The notes below the pieces were generated by a model that was given only the letters and a program-made list of their open reading frames with translations, had not been told where the DNA came from and ran no database searches. Shown here in pieces: positions 36,286 to 46,195 of a stretch of DNA of 64,000 nt; position 1 is the stretch's first letter, and every line of letters begins with the position of its first letter. The DNA lies in the NCBI GenBank assembly GCA_048816425.1, contig JBMDZZ010000028.1:24766-88765 (forward strand), read 5' to 3'. The translations under genes and the position numbers were made by a program. This stretch comes from Oligoflexus sp. FD111 (GTDB lineage: Bacteria; Bdellovibrionota_B; Oligoflexia; Oligoflexales; Oligoflexaceae).

Positions 36286-39200
36286 ATATTGAACTTCTTC
36301 CTTATTTGGCTGATGAGATTTCACTCGCACCTAGTTTTGACCGATCGACAAATCTAGAGGCAGATTTTAATAACAAGAAAAAGATAGATACGATTTATAT
36401 TTCCGAAAAATTTGCATCTACTTTAATTGATATTATTCATTCCGTCCTAAACGAAGATAGCAATCAGCGTGTACGGGTTTTTTCTGGCTCCCCAGGGCTC
36501 GGTAAGTCAACATTTGCGCTTCTACTCTTGAAGATATTATCTAAGAATCAAACCACAAATATAAGACAGCTCTTAGCTAAGGCTGAAACAAATAACGTCG
36601 AAGAACTTAGTGAGCTTTTGGAATCCTTCATCACCAAGAAAAGAGGAAACAAACTTCTTCCAATTATTATTAATGGCTATGAAGGCGACATCGAAAAAGC
36701 TTTTTTACATAAGCTTGAAAAGGCATTTAGTGATGCTGATTTAGCCAATGAGTGGAAAGAGCTCTTGGTAAAAACAACTGACTTGACTAGTATTATAAGA
36801 GACTGGAAAAAAAATTATCCTAGGGTCTATGATCAATATTTAAGTAGCTTAAATGAAAACTTATTGATCCAGAAATCATTTGAAAGTGGATTAAGGAAAG
36901 GGCAACTGAAGAATAGGGAAAAGTTTCTCGAAATTTGTGAACAAGTGACAGGCAGGACAAATGCAAATACCCCGTCTTCTGATGTCATTCACCTGTATAA
37001 AAGCGCCACCAAATTATTGTCTGAGCGTGGTTACGGGGGAGTTTTCGTTGTTTATGATGAATTCGGAAAATACTTAGAAAAAGGTATTCACTCACCGTCT
37101 AGTCTGAATGTTCAGTTTCTTCAAGACTTTGCTGAGTTTTGTGATCGTTCTGGTGAATATCAGTGTCATTTGGTCTTAATAACTCATATGTCGGTTAGTC
37201 AATATGCCTCGCAATTACCGATAAACATCCAAAACGAATGGGCGAAAATTGAAGGACGTTTCCAAGAAAATAGCTTCTATGATAGATCCGTAAATTACTA
37301 CCGCCTTATAGAAAAAGTTTTTGAAAAGAAACTTTCAGATAACAAGAGGTCTAAGCTTTATCGTAAAGCTAGGTCGTTCTATTCTAACTTTGTTGAGGTA
37401 TTTAACAAAGTTTCGGGCCTAGAAGGCTTTTTAGATGCCGTTAGCGTTGATCTCATCATTAATTGCTTTCCACTTCACCCTATTTCTTTAGCCTTTCTTC
37501 CATTTCTTTCACAAAAAGTGTCACAAAATGAAAGGACATTGTATACCTTTCTAACTAGAGAAGAAGATCATTCTTTAAATAGCTTTTTGCAGCAGAGTTA
37601 TGCTGAAGATGAAATACCATTGCTAATGCCGTCCAGATTGTATTTATATTTTAGTAATTCGATCAAAAGAGACCTTGGGCCTGGTGGTGTCTATCGGATA
37701 GGTTTAATCGCCGAAGAGGCGCTTAACACTGTTTCAGCTAAAGACAGCTTAGCTCACGAACTATTGTCCATTATTGCCCTGTCAGAAGTTATTAAGATGC
37801 CAAGACTTGCACCAGTTAATGAAGAGTTTCTAAAGGCAAGTTTGATAGGCCTGTATACTCATAAAGATGTAGCGAAGAAATTAAAGGAGCTTCAAGAACA
37901 GAAGTTGATTTTCTATAATCGCTTTAGGGAGCGCTTTGAGCTACGACAAGGATCCTCGGTGGATCTGCAAGAAGAGCTTGATAAAGGGCGAGAAATCAAA
38001 TTAACGAGCAAAGATCTTGTTGGTATTATTAAAAAATATAATAATTATGACTATATAATCACAAAAAAATATAATTTTAGCCATAATATTTGTAGATTCT
38101 ATGAAACATGTTTGATTTCTGTAGAAGAGCTGAAGGGAAAGAAATTTAGGTTATCTCCAGATTACGATCAAACAGATGGAATTGTTTACTACATTTTGCC
38201 TTTTGATCAAGATGAGCTTGCTGTAGCTAGGGAGTTAGTTGATCAAGTAAAATCCGAATTGGTTGTGTTTATACTTCCTAATAAGTTCATTGAATGCCGC
38301 AAGGATATCGAAGAACTAAATGCGATTAATAGTCTTTATAGCAATAAAGAACTGCTCGCTACAGGCCCCCTAGTCCGCAAGGAACTCGACTTCCATAAAT
38401 CAACCGTCTTAAAATCGATTGAGAGAGTTCTAGATCCGGTCGTCGGAAGGTTTGGCATTGACGTAACCCTAAAGTATAATAAAATCTTTGATAATGTAAA
38501 ATGCCGGTCTTTCATCGAACTGCAAAGGTATCTCGGAGAAGTATTCACACACGCATATAGCTCTTCTATTGATATAAATTCTGAGCTTATAAATAAACAT
38601 AAAGTTTCCTCGTCTGTTACTCTTGCTCGGCGGATTTTTATTCAACACCTTATTGAAAATCCAGATAAGAATGAATTAGCAATCGAGGGCAATGGCCCAG
38701 AAAAGGCACTTTATTATGCTATTAAAGAAGTTAGCGATGTTGTATGGGATAATACTTCAAACAAGTTGAAGCTCGGACCTAAAAACAAATTAGACCAATT
38801 ATACAAGATGTATCAGAAAATGCTTGCAAAAAGCTCCTCAGGCGTAAGCTTTGAAACAATTATAGATACATTTAGTAAACCACCATTTGGACTGAGAAAA
38901 GCCGTTATTCCATGTTATATCGCAATTTTTGATTTAATATCGGAAAACCAGGTTAATCACTATTTTCAGGACGCGTACGTCTCTAATCCAGACGGAGAAC
39001 ACTACGATTTAATCTTCCGCCATCCGAAACTATCTCGCATTCAAATGACTAAAATAACAGACGTCCATGAAGTGTACCTTAGAACTGTAGCTACTGCTTT
39101 CGGAGCAAAGCAAGTCGACAGTATTCCCGATATCGTCAGTGCAATCTTCAACTGGAGAAAGGCCATTCCTGAATATGTCAAATATTCGGATGAAGTGTCT

Positions 39201-39947
39201 ATCAAAGCAAGGCGAATCCTTGTAGCCATCGACAGCGCTGAAGAACCTGATAAACTTCTCTTCAAAAGTCTTCCCGAATCATTAAGATTTAATACAGAAA
39301 ATGAAGATTACCTGCGGAAACCATTGTTAGTGGAAAAAGAGTTGCAGGAAGCTTTGATTGACGCTAAGCAAGCATATTCAAATCTACTTTTTAAAATTAG
39401 AGATCACCTCGAAGAGGCTATTCAGATACTAAATGACAAATGTCTATCCAAGAAACTCAGAATCGATACCAAAAAAGATCTAGCTGGTTCCTATAAACTT
39501 ATTTTTTCAGCTCTTGAAAGCAGGATTAGAAACCATAAGTTTTCGAAAGTAACGACTCATTTTATAGAACGATTTATGACTTTCGATACCACCAGCCATA
39601 AGCAGTATTTTGTAGAAACTATTGGAGATGTCTTAACTGGAGCCAGTCCTCGAGTTTGGGAGGGTAAGACGATAAACTTATTTCTTTTCACGCTTCATAA
39701 AGTCATGGAGGAAATAATCCATGTTTCTTCGACTGTATCATCAGAACTCGAAGGACATTCTGTAGTTGCAATTACTAATATTAGCAATAACCAGAGTAGA
39801 TACATTGATTTAGGTGCAAAGCAGGGGCTTAAGACTAAGCATCTAAAGCTTAAAAATGAGATACTTGAAAAATTCGAAGATGACTGGTCACCAACAGATA
39901 TCAAAATTCTCCTAGTTGATTTGTTATCGACATTGGATTTAAACTAG
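36276..39947 (+). CDS. sspC: SspC-like large P-loop ATPase (BrxC/DUF499-style)
   Basis: 1223 aa with Walker A FSGSPGLGKST and Walker B-like VFVVYDEFGKY. The start overlaps the sspB-like stop by 10 nt. Confidence 0.65.
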   Translation: MAINIELLPYLADEISLAPSFDRSTNLEADFNNKKKIDTIYISEKFASTLIDIIHSVLNEDSNQRVRVFSGSPGLGKSTFALLLLKILSKNQTTNIRQLLAKAETNNVEELSELLESFITKKRGNKLLPIIINGYEGDIEKAFLHKLEKAFSDADLANEWKELLVKTTDLTSIIRDWKKNYPRVYDQYLSSLNENLLIQKSFESGLRKGQLKNREKFLEICEQVTGRTNANTPSSDVIHLYKSATKLLSERGYGGVFVVYDEFGKYLEKGIHSPSSLNVQFLQDFAEFCDRSGEYQCHLVLITHMSVSQYASQLPINIQNEWAKIEGRFQENSFYDRSVNYYRLIEKVFEKKLSDNKRSKLYRKARSFYSNFVEVFNKVSGLEGFLDAVSVDLIINCFPLHPISLAFLPFLSQKVSQNERTLYTFLTREEDHSLNSFLQQSYAEDEIPLLMPSRLYLYFSNSIKRDLGPGGVYRIGLIAEEALNTVSAKDSLAHELLSIIALSEVIKMPRLAPVNEEFLKASLIGLYTHKDVAKKLKELQEQKLIFYNRFRERFELRQGSSVDLQEELDKGREIKLTSKDLVGIIKKYNNYDYIITKKYNFSHNICRFYETCLISVEELKGKKFRLSPDYDQTDGIVYYILPFDQDELAVARELVDQVKSELVVFILPNKFIECRKDIEELNAINSLYSNKELLATGPLVRKELDFHKSTVLKSIERVLDPVVGRFGIDVTLKYNKIFDNVKCRSFIELQRYLGEVFTHAYSSSIDINSELINKHKVSSSVTLARRIFIQHLIENPDKNELAIEGNGPEKALYYAIKEVSDVVWDNTSNKLKLGPKNKLDQLYKMYQKMLAKSSSGVSFETIIDTFSKPPFGLRKAVIPCYIAIFDLISENQVNHYFQDAYVSNPDGEHYDLIFRHPKLSRIQMTKITDVHEVYLRTVATAFGAKQVDSIPDIVSAIFNWRKAIPEYVKYSDEVSIKARRILVAIDSAEEPDKLLFKSLPESLRFNTENEDYLRKPLLVEKELQEALIDAKQAYSNLLFKIRDHLEEAIQILNDKCLSKKLRIDTKKDLAGSYKLIFSALESRIRNHKFSKVTTHFIERFMTFDTTSHKQYFVETIGDVLTGASPRVWEGKTINLFLFTLHKVMEEIIHVSSTVSSELEGHSVVAITNISNNQSRYIDLGAKQGLKTKHLKLKNEILEKFEDDWSPTDIKILLVDLLSTLDLN

Positions 39948-39979
39948 TACCTATACAAAAGTATTGGGGTCCGTTTTTT

Positions 39980-40798
39980 ATGTCACAATTCTTATACGAC
40001 GCAAATAGGCGTCAAATTTGTCCACTGTCTGGAGGAAAAGATTCAACTGCACTCGCAATTTTTCTGAAAGACAAGATTCCAAATCTAGAGTACGTCTTTA
40101 CTGATACGGGTGCCGAACTCCCTGAGACTTATGAGTATCTCGATAAATTAGAGGCTTTTTTAGGTAAACCAATCGTCCGATTAAATTCTGACAAACCGTT
40201 TGATTATCTTTTGAAAAGGCATGGTGATTACCTACCCTCTCCTAGAGCCCGCTGGTGTACTATTGAAATGAAAATAAAGTCGTTTGAGAAGTTTATCGGT
40301 GATGATCCTATTGAAAGTTATATTGGAATTCGAGCAGACGAAAATCGTGATGGTTATATTTCAAAGAAAGAATCCATAAAACCCCGCTATCCCTTTAAAG
40401 AGCTCGGAATAGACCTTGGGGGAGTGAATAAACTACTCGACCAAGCAGGAATCGGACTGCCTAAATACTATGAATGGCGATCAAGATCGGGGTGCTATTT
40501 CTGTTTCTTTCAAAGAAAAATCGAATGGGTAGGTTTAAAAGAAAGACATCCCGATCTATTTGAAAAAGCAAAAGAATACGAAACCCGAAGCTACAGGGGG
40601 GACGGGGTGAAATTCACTTGGGTTCAAGACTCCCCACTAGAGGAGATCGCGACTAACGCGGAATTTATAAAAGAAAATCATGCCAAAAGAATGGAGAGAG
40701 AGACTAAGAAGCAATCCAACAAACGCCTTTCCGATATTTTTAAAGATGTAGTGTCAGATGACGATATGGAAGACTCTTGTCTAATTTGTGACCTTTAG
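39980..40798 (+). CDS. sspD: SspD-like PAPS-reductase/ATP-pyrophosphatase family protein (DndC-related)
   Basis: The PP-loop is CPLSGGKDST. C-terminal cysteine clusters are SGCYFCFF and SCLICDL. The protein is 272 aa, shorter than canonical DndC. Confidence 0.75.
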   Translation: MSQFLYDANRRQICPLSGGKDSTALAIFLKDKIPNLEYVFTDTGAELPETYEYLDKLEAFLGKPIVRLNSDKPFDYLLKRHGDYLPSPRARWCTIEMKIKSFEKFIGDDPIESYIGIRADENRDGYISKKESIKPRYPFKELGIDLGGVNKLLDQAGIGLPKYYEWRSRSGCYFCFFQRKIEWVGLKERHPDLFEKAKEYETRSYRGDGVKFTWVQDSPLEEIATNAEFIKENHAKRMERETKKQSNKRLSDIFKDVVSDDDMEDSCLICDL

Positions 40799-40933
40799 CA
40801 TCACTATTTCGCGCTAGTACACTAGCGCAATGTCTTTTCCTGCTTGAGTTGTGATCTCAAAAGTAATACTTTGCCATTAGTCTTACTGCATCGCTTCTTG
40901 CGATGAAAAACTTCCAAATTCGAAGCAGATCAG

Positions 40934-42058
40934 ATGGTTGATGCGATTTATCTAGATTACAATGCCACGAGCCCGCTTTCTCCTTCCGTTATAAATTATA
41001 TTAAGGAAGGCATGATTAGAGATTGGGCTAATCCCTCCTCAGAGCATGATGCTGGCTATGAAAAAGCTATTGAAATACGGAAGAGCCGAAGCCGAATAGC
41101 CGATTTTCTTGGGTGCTCGACTAGCCAAATCACATTTACCAGTGGCGCTACAGAATCAATCAATACTGTATTGAGTGCTGATACGCTAGCAAGTCTAGGT
41201 GTTAAAACGGTCATTACCTCACCTATGGAGCATCACGCCACCCTTGATAGGGCGAAATACCTTGAAACAAAGGGTTTTCATATTAAAATGGTCCGGACTT
41301 TACCCACAGGTTCTTTGGATTACGATCATTTAGATCATCTCGCAAGTTTTAGTAAAAAAGCCATTATTTCCCTTCTATATACTAACAACGAGACTGGCAT
41401 AATCAATGATGTTAAAAAAATTTCTTCAATATCTCAACGTCACGGATGTCTAGTTCATATTGATGCCGTGCAGGCTCTTGGCAAAATCAAGTTTAGCTTA
41501 AACGAGCTGGAGGTGGATTTTGCCAGCTTTTCCGGCCATAAAATTGGATCACTTAAAGGAATCGGTATGCTGTATAGAAAGCAGCATGAAATTGTCCCCT
41601 TGATGCATGGAGGCGGACAAGAAAAAGCGCTTCGTCCAGGTACATACAATTTACCAGGTATCAAGTCGATAGAAATGGCGATATCAGATATCGATTTTGA
41701 TGCTATTGAAAAACGAGGATATGAGGCTCGCTTCGCTATCGAACAGCTGTTCAAACAGATCTTTCCTAGCGCCATAGTGAATGGCGCAGAGTGCGATAGA
41801 GTTTATAACACTATCAGTCTCGCCATACCCGAACATTCGAGCAAGGCAATTATGTTAGGAATGTCAAGGAGTGGTATTTATATTTCAACAGGTTCAGCCT
41901 GCTCATCAGGAATTGAAGTTGGAAGCCATGTACTAAAAGAGTTTACTGAGTTTGAAAAGAATTCTATCAGAATTTCGTTTTCTATATCGATGCTGGATCC
42001 ATCTGTAATACATACAATTTCGATGAAATTAAATGATTACAAGGTAAAGTCAATTTGA
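40934..42058 (+). CDS. sspA: cysteine desulfurase (NifS/IscS/DndA-SspA type)
   Basis: Class V aminotransferase fold. The PLP-lysine motif is SFSGHKIGSLKGIG and the catalytic Cys loop is STGSACSSG. Confidence 0.8.
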   Translation: MVDAIYLDYNATSPLSPSVINYIKEGMIRDWANPSSEHDAGYEKAIEIRKSRSRIADFLGCSTSQITFTSGATESINTVLSADTLASLGVKTVITSPMEHHATLDRAKYLETKGFHIKMVRTLPTGSLDYDHLDHLASFSKKAIISLLYTNNETGIINDVKKISSISQRHGCLVHIDAVQALGKIKFSLNELEVDFASFSGHKIGSLKGIGMLYRKQHEIVPLMHGGGQEKALRPGTYNLPGIKSIEMAISDIDFDAIEKRGYEARFAIEQLFKQIFPSAIVNGAECDRVYNTISLAIPEHSSKAIMLGMSRSGIYISTGSACSSGIEVGSHVLKEFTEFEKNSIRISFSISMLDPSVIHTISMKLNDYKVKSI

Positions 42059-42383
42059 TTATCGATTTTGAATTTAAGAGCTTCCCATATGCGTATAGTT
42101 TACCTTCTAAATCTTAAAGTAGCTATGAGAAAAAAAACGCACCAAAGGTGCCCAGGTGGTTTTCTAAAGATGTTCTATTAGCCAAACATTTTTATAAAGC
42201 GTGCCATAAAGAAATTTATTTCAGTGTTAAGTGTTTTGAGGCAGTTGATGATGCGCAATTAGAAATAACTTCATTTCGCTAATTGGGTTGCATCTCAATC
42301 TTGACAGAGTAAAAACTTAGTAATCAAAGGTGTTACTATGAAAATGGTATGGCCTTGCTGATAAATTCTTTAAATGTGATCAA

Positions 42384-42848
42384 ATGATTCTATTTGCAAC
42401 ATCTGCTGATAAAGCAATGATCGCTCTTTTATTTGCTAGCACTGCTATCAGCATTACGCCGAGGGTCAAAAAAATTTCGGAAAATCATGAACACATGGGG
42501 TCTGTTCGAGTTTTAGCAGGCAAAAATCAATTTAGCTTAGATAAGCTTGATATGAGATTCACTTGGCTTTCTAAGAGAAAACTTAAGTCTTTTAAAGTGT
42601 TAAATTGGATCTACAACATGACTAGCTACTTTCACACTAAAAGAGAAATAAGCAGCCACGAGAAAAAATCCCCACCAAAAGCTTATACATTCCCTACAAT
42701 AGAAAGTTCTGCAATCTCCACTAAAAACAAAGATATTATGAAAAGAGAGGAAGTAGGATCTGAGTTCAAATTCACTTTCGAAGTGAAAACTGAGGACTTC
42801 ATGCCGAATTCTAAAGAGAATGACATTTTACAAGGCTCCCGCTCTTAG
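42384..42848 (+). CDS. doubtful hypothetical ORF in the 870-bp spacer between the modification and restriction-like genes
   Basis: 154 aa, Lys/Ser-rich, with one N-terminal hydrophobic stretch. I see no recognisable motif or convincing RBS. Confidence 0.15.
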   Translation: MILFATSADKAMIALLFASTAISITPRVKKISENHEHMGSVRVLAGKNQFSLDKLDMRFTWLSKRKLKSFKVLNWIYNMTSYFHTKREISSHEKKSPPKAYTFPTIESSAISTKNKDIMKREEVGSEFKFTFEVKTEDFMPNSKENDILQGSRS

Positions 42849-42927
42849 ATGGATATGGAGCATCTTTTACATGAGAACAATCCTTCTGACACAAAATAAA
42901 AAATTATAACCTCTTAAGGATGCTTCC

Positions 42928-44700
42928 ATGAGATGGAAAGAAAATAATTGGATAAAGTTTTTAGAAGGATACTGCAAAGGCAATGGGCAGATCCAGGACG
43001 AATATGTCCGGAAAATAGCTTCTGCACTTAGACTCGATGAGCCGCTTGAAATAAAATTTCCTTGGCAAGAAGAAATTCTCCAAAAATTTAAGGATCCAAA
43101 CAATCTGCAAGTTATTATATTGACTGGGACTGCTGGGGATGGAAAAACACGCCTATGTAGAGAAATATACCAGGAAGTTTGTGGAACCAGCTTTTCTGAA
43201 GAGTCATGGAACTCAAAAAGCTATTTTAGTAATGAATTAAGCACGATCGTTAAAGATTTTTCTGAACTGAAGGATGAGAAATCAAAGGTAATTGGTGAAT
43301 TGATAGAAGTGTTAAAAAATGGATTTGCTACAAAACAAATTCTAATCGCAGTGAATGACGGAGTGTTCATAGAAGCTCTAGATAGTTATATTGATGACGC
43401 TAATTTAGCAGATCATAAAAAGGAAGCTAAGTTATTAAAAGAGATAGTAGAAGATAAAATAAACATTGGAATTAGTAATTGTGAAAAGCAGGGACTTATA
43501 AATTTAATAAACCTTTCAAAATTGGATGCAAAAGAAAACTTCAAGTTAATTTTTAAAGCTATCCTTGACAATAGTGGATGGAATCAATGCAAAGATTGTA
43601 TTGGATCTATCGAAAATAGTTGCCCTATCTACTCTAAATATCAGATTTTTAAATCTCGCGCTGAAACAATCGAAAATTTGGCAAATATCATCTTGCTGCT
43701 GCAACTCAATAACCAGCATTTCACAATTAGAGAGCTACTCAATCTTGTATCGAATACTTTAGTGTCATCTATTCCTAAAAGCAAAAAATACCGGATCACA
43801 GACTTTGAGCATTCTAATAGCATTTTTACTTGCAAAACTATATCAACTATAAACGAAATCAACAAAGCGAATATAGAATCTAGCATAGAAGTAGGTTTTT
43901 GGGGCTTGAACCTCGGTCCTCAAAAGTCCTTATCTAAAAGGCCTTATTCAGAGATAAATAAACTGAGGTTTGGTGATACTTCCAGCAATTACTGGGATAG
44001 CCAGATATCTAAGCCGGAAGAAAGGCATTTTACTATACCAATTGATGAATTTCTTCGAGGAAGCGAAAAATCTGCTATTTACAGCGAATCTAGCAAAACA
44101 TGGATGCCAACTCTTCGTCGATCAAGAATGCAATTATATGCTTTTTGCAAAGACAATGATGAAAAGCTGTTTCATCTACAAAAGTATCCTTCATATGGCA
44201 TATATAAGGAAAAAATTTATAATCAGCTCACGGCAAAAAAAATGTGTAGTGATTTAAAGGTCAAAACGTCAATAATTCTTGCCTTGAACAGGGCTTTTCA
44301 TGGGCGCTTTATATCTGATAAAGCCGGGGAACTTTTCATTCCCGAGAAAGGCCAGGGATCTTTAGTATCTACTACAGTATTTCATGGTGAAGAAATTCGT
44401 GAAAAATATATTACGATTGAAACTTTAGGCAACGATTTTTCGTTATCGGGCGCTAGAATTGAACCAATAGTAAAAATATTTGTAGATAAGCAAGAAGTAA
44501 AAGTTTCGTTAACTGTTGAGGTCTTTGACTACCTTGATCAAGTATCCAAAGGTGCCCCACCTAATACAGCTGATCCACGAATCTATAAAAAACTTTGTAT
44601 TCTTCGATCTAAGCTAGCTTCAATGATTCGACCTAATAGAAGAATTGAAACCTATAAAATTAGTAATGGCCAATTTAAAATTGTCCCAATGGAGTTTTGA
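42928..44700 (+). CDS. DptF/SspF-like P-loop protein (first gene of a DndFGH/SspFGH-type PT-dependent restriction trio)
   Basis: 590 aa with an N-terminal Walker A ILTGTAGDGKTRLC. The assignment rests on its position, size and the identity of its two downstream partners. Confidence 0.55.
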   Translation: MRWKENNWIKFLEGYCKGNGQIQDEYVRKIASALRLDEPLEIKFPWQEEILQKFKDPNNLQVIILTGTAGDGKTRLCREIYQEVCGTSFSEESWNSKSYFSNELSTIVKDFSELKDEKSKVIGELIEVLKNGFATKQILIAVNDGVFIEALDSYIDDANLADHKKEAKLLKEIVEDKINIGISNCEKQGLINLINLSKLDAKENFKLIFKAILDNSGWNQCKDCIGSIENSCPIYSKYQIFKSRAETIENLANIILLLQLNNQHFTIRELLNLVSNTLVSSIPKSKKYRITDFEHSNSIFTCKTISTINEINKANIESSIEVGFWGLNLGPQKSLSKRPYSEINKLRFGDTSSNYWDSQISKPEERHFTIPIDEFLRGSEKSAIYSESSKTWMPTLRRSRMQLYAFCKDNDEKLFHLQKYPSYGIYKEKIYNQLTAKKMCSDLKVKTSIILALNRAFHGRFISDKAGELFIPEKGQGSLVSTTVFHGEEIREKYITIETLGNDFSLSGARIEPIVKIFVDKQEVKVSLTVEVFDYLDQVSKGAPPNTADPRIYKKLCILRSKLASMIRPNRRIETYKISNGQFKIVPMEF

Positions 44701-44704
44701 TATT

Positions 44705-46195
44705 ATGAAACAATTAGAATTCAGAGATATCAGAAAGGACTATAAACCCAACCTTAACCATGCAATTATAGAACAAATTTGGGGACATCGATTCAGAGTA
44801 GAGCAAAACCCAATGCTACTCCTTTGTGAGCTTTTGTGCGTACTTGAAAATCAGTTTTTCTCTAAAGAAACTGGAGAGATTCAGCAAGTTTTTTCTCCAG
44901 AACATACCCATCTAAAATACAAACATTCAGATAAGATTGGTTTACGATTTTTATTATATAAAAATGATAAATTGGAAAGCATTAAGAAAAGTAGTCAAAA
45001 TGAAAAAGAAAAATTTAAGATGCAAATTGAATATTTGAAAACTTCTGACCAACTTTCAGATTCGGACATCACTCATCTAGAGAAACAGTTCGACTCATTT
45101 GATAGCTTCTATAATTCATGCAAGATTTTGAGCTCATTAACTTTCGATCCATTGTCAAATAAACGATGGGGATCTAAGTTTGTATATCCCTTAAGTCGTG
45201 ATCTTTTATGGAGTGACTACAACAACATTAAGAAAAACTTCGATAGGCGATTTTTCGCTAGAGGAGGAGAACTTATCTATTTGATGCTTTCTAGAACATC
45301 GGAAACCAAAAGAGATGAACTAGAGCAGCTATTCGATGATTGGATGAAGAGCAAAGAGGATTCTTATTCTAAACTGGTCAAGATTATATATCCGGCGGTT
45401 ACCGAGCGTGATAAAGTAAACAAGCCTACCAGGCTTGGGCACCTACCATATGTTAGTTCAAGCTGCTTTGAAACACTTGCCGATGATCTTATTACAATCC
45501 TAAAGCTTGATTTAGAAAGGCTAGATAAAGCTAAACTTATGGCTGACATGATTGGTTTTCATATAGGCAATTATATTTTAACTATAGGTGAGATGTTCTC
45601 GGATAGCAATTCATCTGTCATAGAAAAGAAACCTCATTTCATTGTTGAGATTCCACTAAAGTCTTCAAACAGCATCAGGAAAAGTTCTATTGAAAGTATT
45701 TCCAGGCAAAAGAACAAATTAAAAAATACACTTAACAATCTCTTCCCCGCAATTGTGAATAATTATTTTTTTGAAAGCTTAGATGTCGAAGGTATAGATC
45801 AAGAAAAAAAAGAGGCAAAAAAATCAGCTGAAAAATACCTCTCAGACCACATTATGCCTTACCCTAATGCGTGTTTTCGGCACATTGGTTTTGTTTCAAA
45901 AAAACATTCGAGAAGCTATAGATACGTGTTTTCAGAAGATTTTCTTCAATCTATTGTTATAACAGTTCTTGGCGCAGGGAAAAGACTAGAATTTTCCAAA
46001 TTCATTAAGACTCTTGAGTATCGCTATAATATCTTTGTCGACAGAGTCCCGGATTCTAGCTATTCGATTTTACAAACCGACCTGAATAAAAACACGAAAA
46101 ACTTGTCAAATCTACTCTATCAAATGGGAATGCTTCGCCACCTCTCGGATGCATGTAGCTATGTTATCAACCCATATAGAGAGGATGCAATTTGA
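44705..46195 (+). CDS. DptG/SspG-like protein (middle gene of the trio)
   Basis: ATG 44705 lies 5 nt after the previous stop, with GGAG 11 nt upstream. 496 aa with no motif I can name. Its stop overlaps the next start (ATTTGA). Confidence 0.45.
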   Translation: MKQLEFRDIRKDYKPNLNHAIIEQIWGHRFRVEQNPMLLLCELLCVLENQFFSKETGEIQQVFSPEHTHLKYKHSDKIGLRFLLYKNDKLESIKKSSQNEKEKFKMQIEYLKTSDQLSDSDITHLEKQFDSFDSFYNSCKILSSLTFDPLSNKRWGSKFVYPLSRDLLWSDYNNIKKNFDRRFFARGGELIYLMLSRTSETKRDELEQLFDDWMKSKEDSYSKLVKIIYPAVTERDKVNKPTRLGHLPYVSSSCFETLADDLITILKLDLERLDKAKLMADMIGFHIGNYILTIGEMFSDSNSSVIEKKPHFIVEIPLKSSNSIRKSSIESISRQKNKLKNTLNNLFPAIVNNYFFESLDVEGIDQEKKEAKKSAEKYLSDHIMPYPNACFRHIGFVSKKHSRSYRYVFSEDFLQSIVITVLGAGKRLEFSKFIKTLEYRYNIFVDRVPDSSYSILQTDLNKNTKNLSNLLYQMGMLRHLSDACSYVINPYREDAI

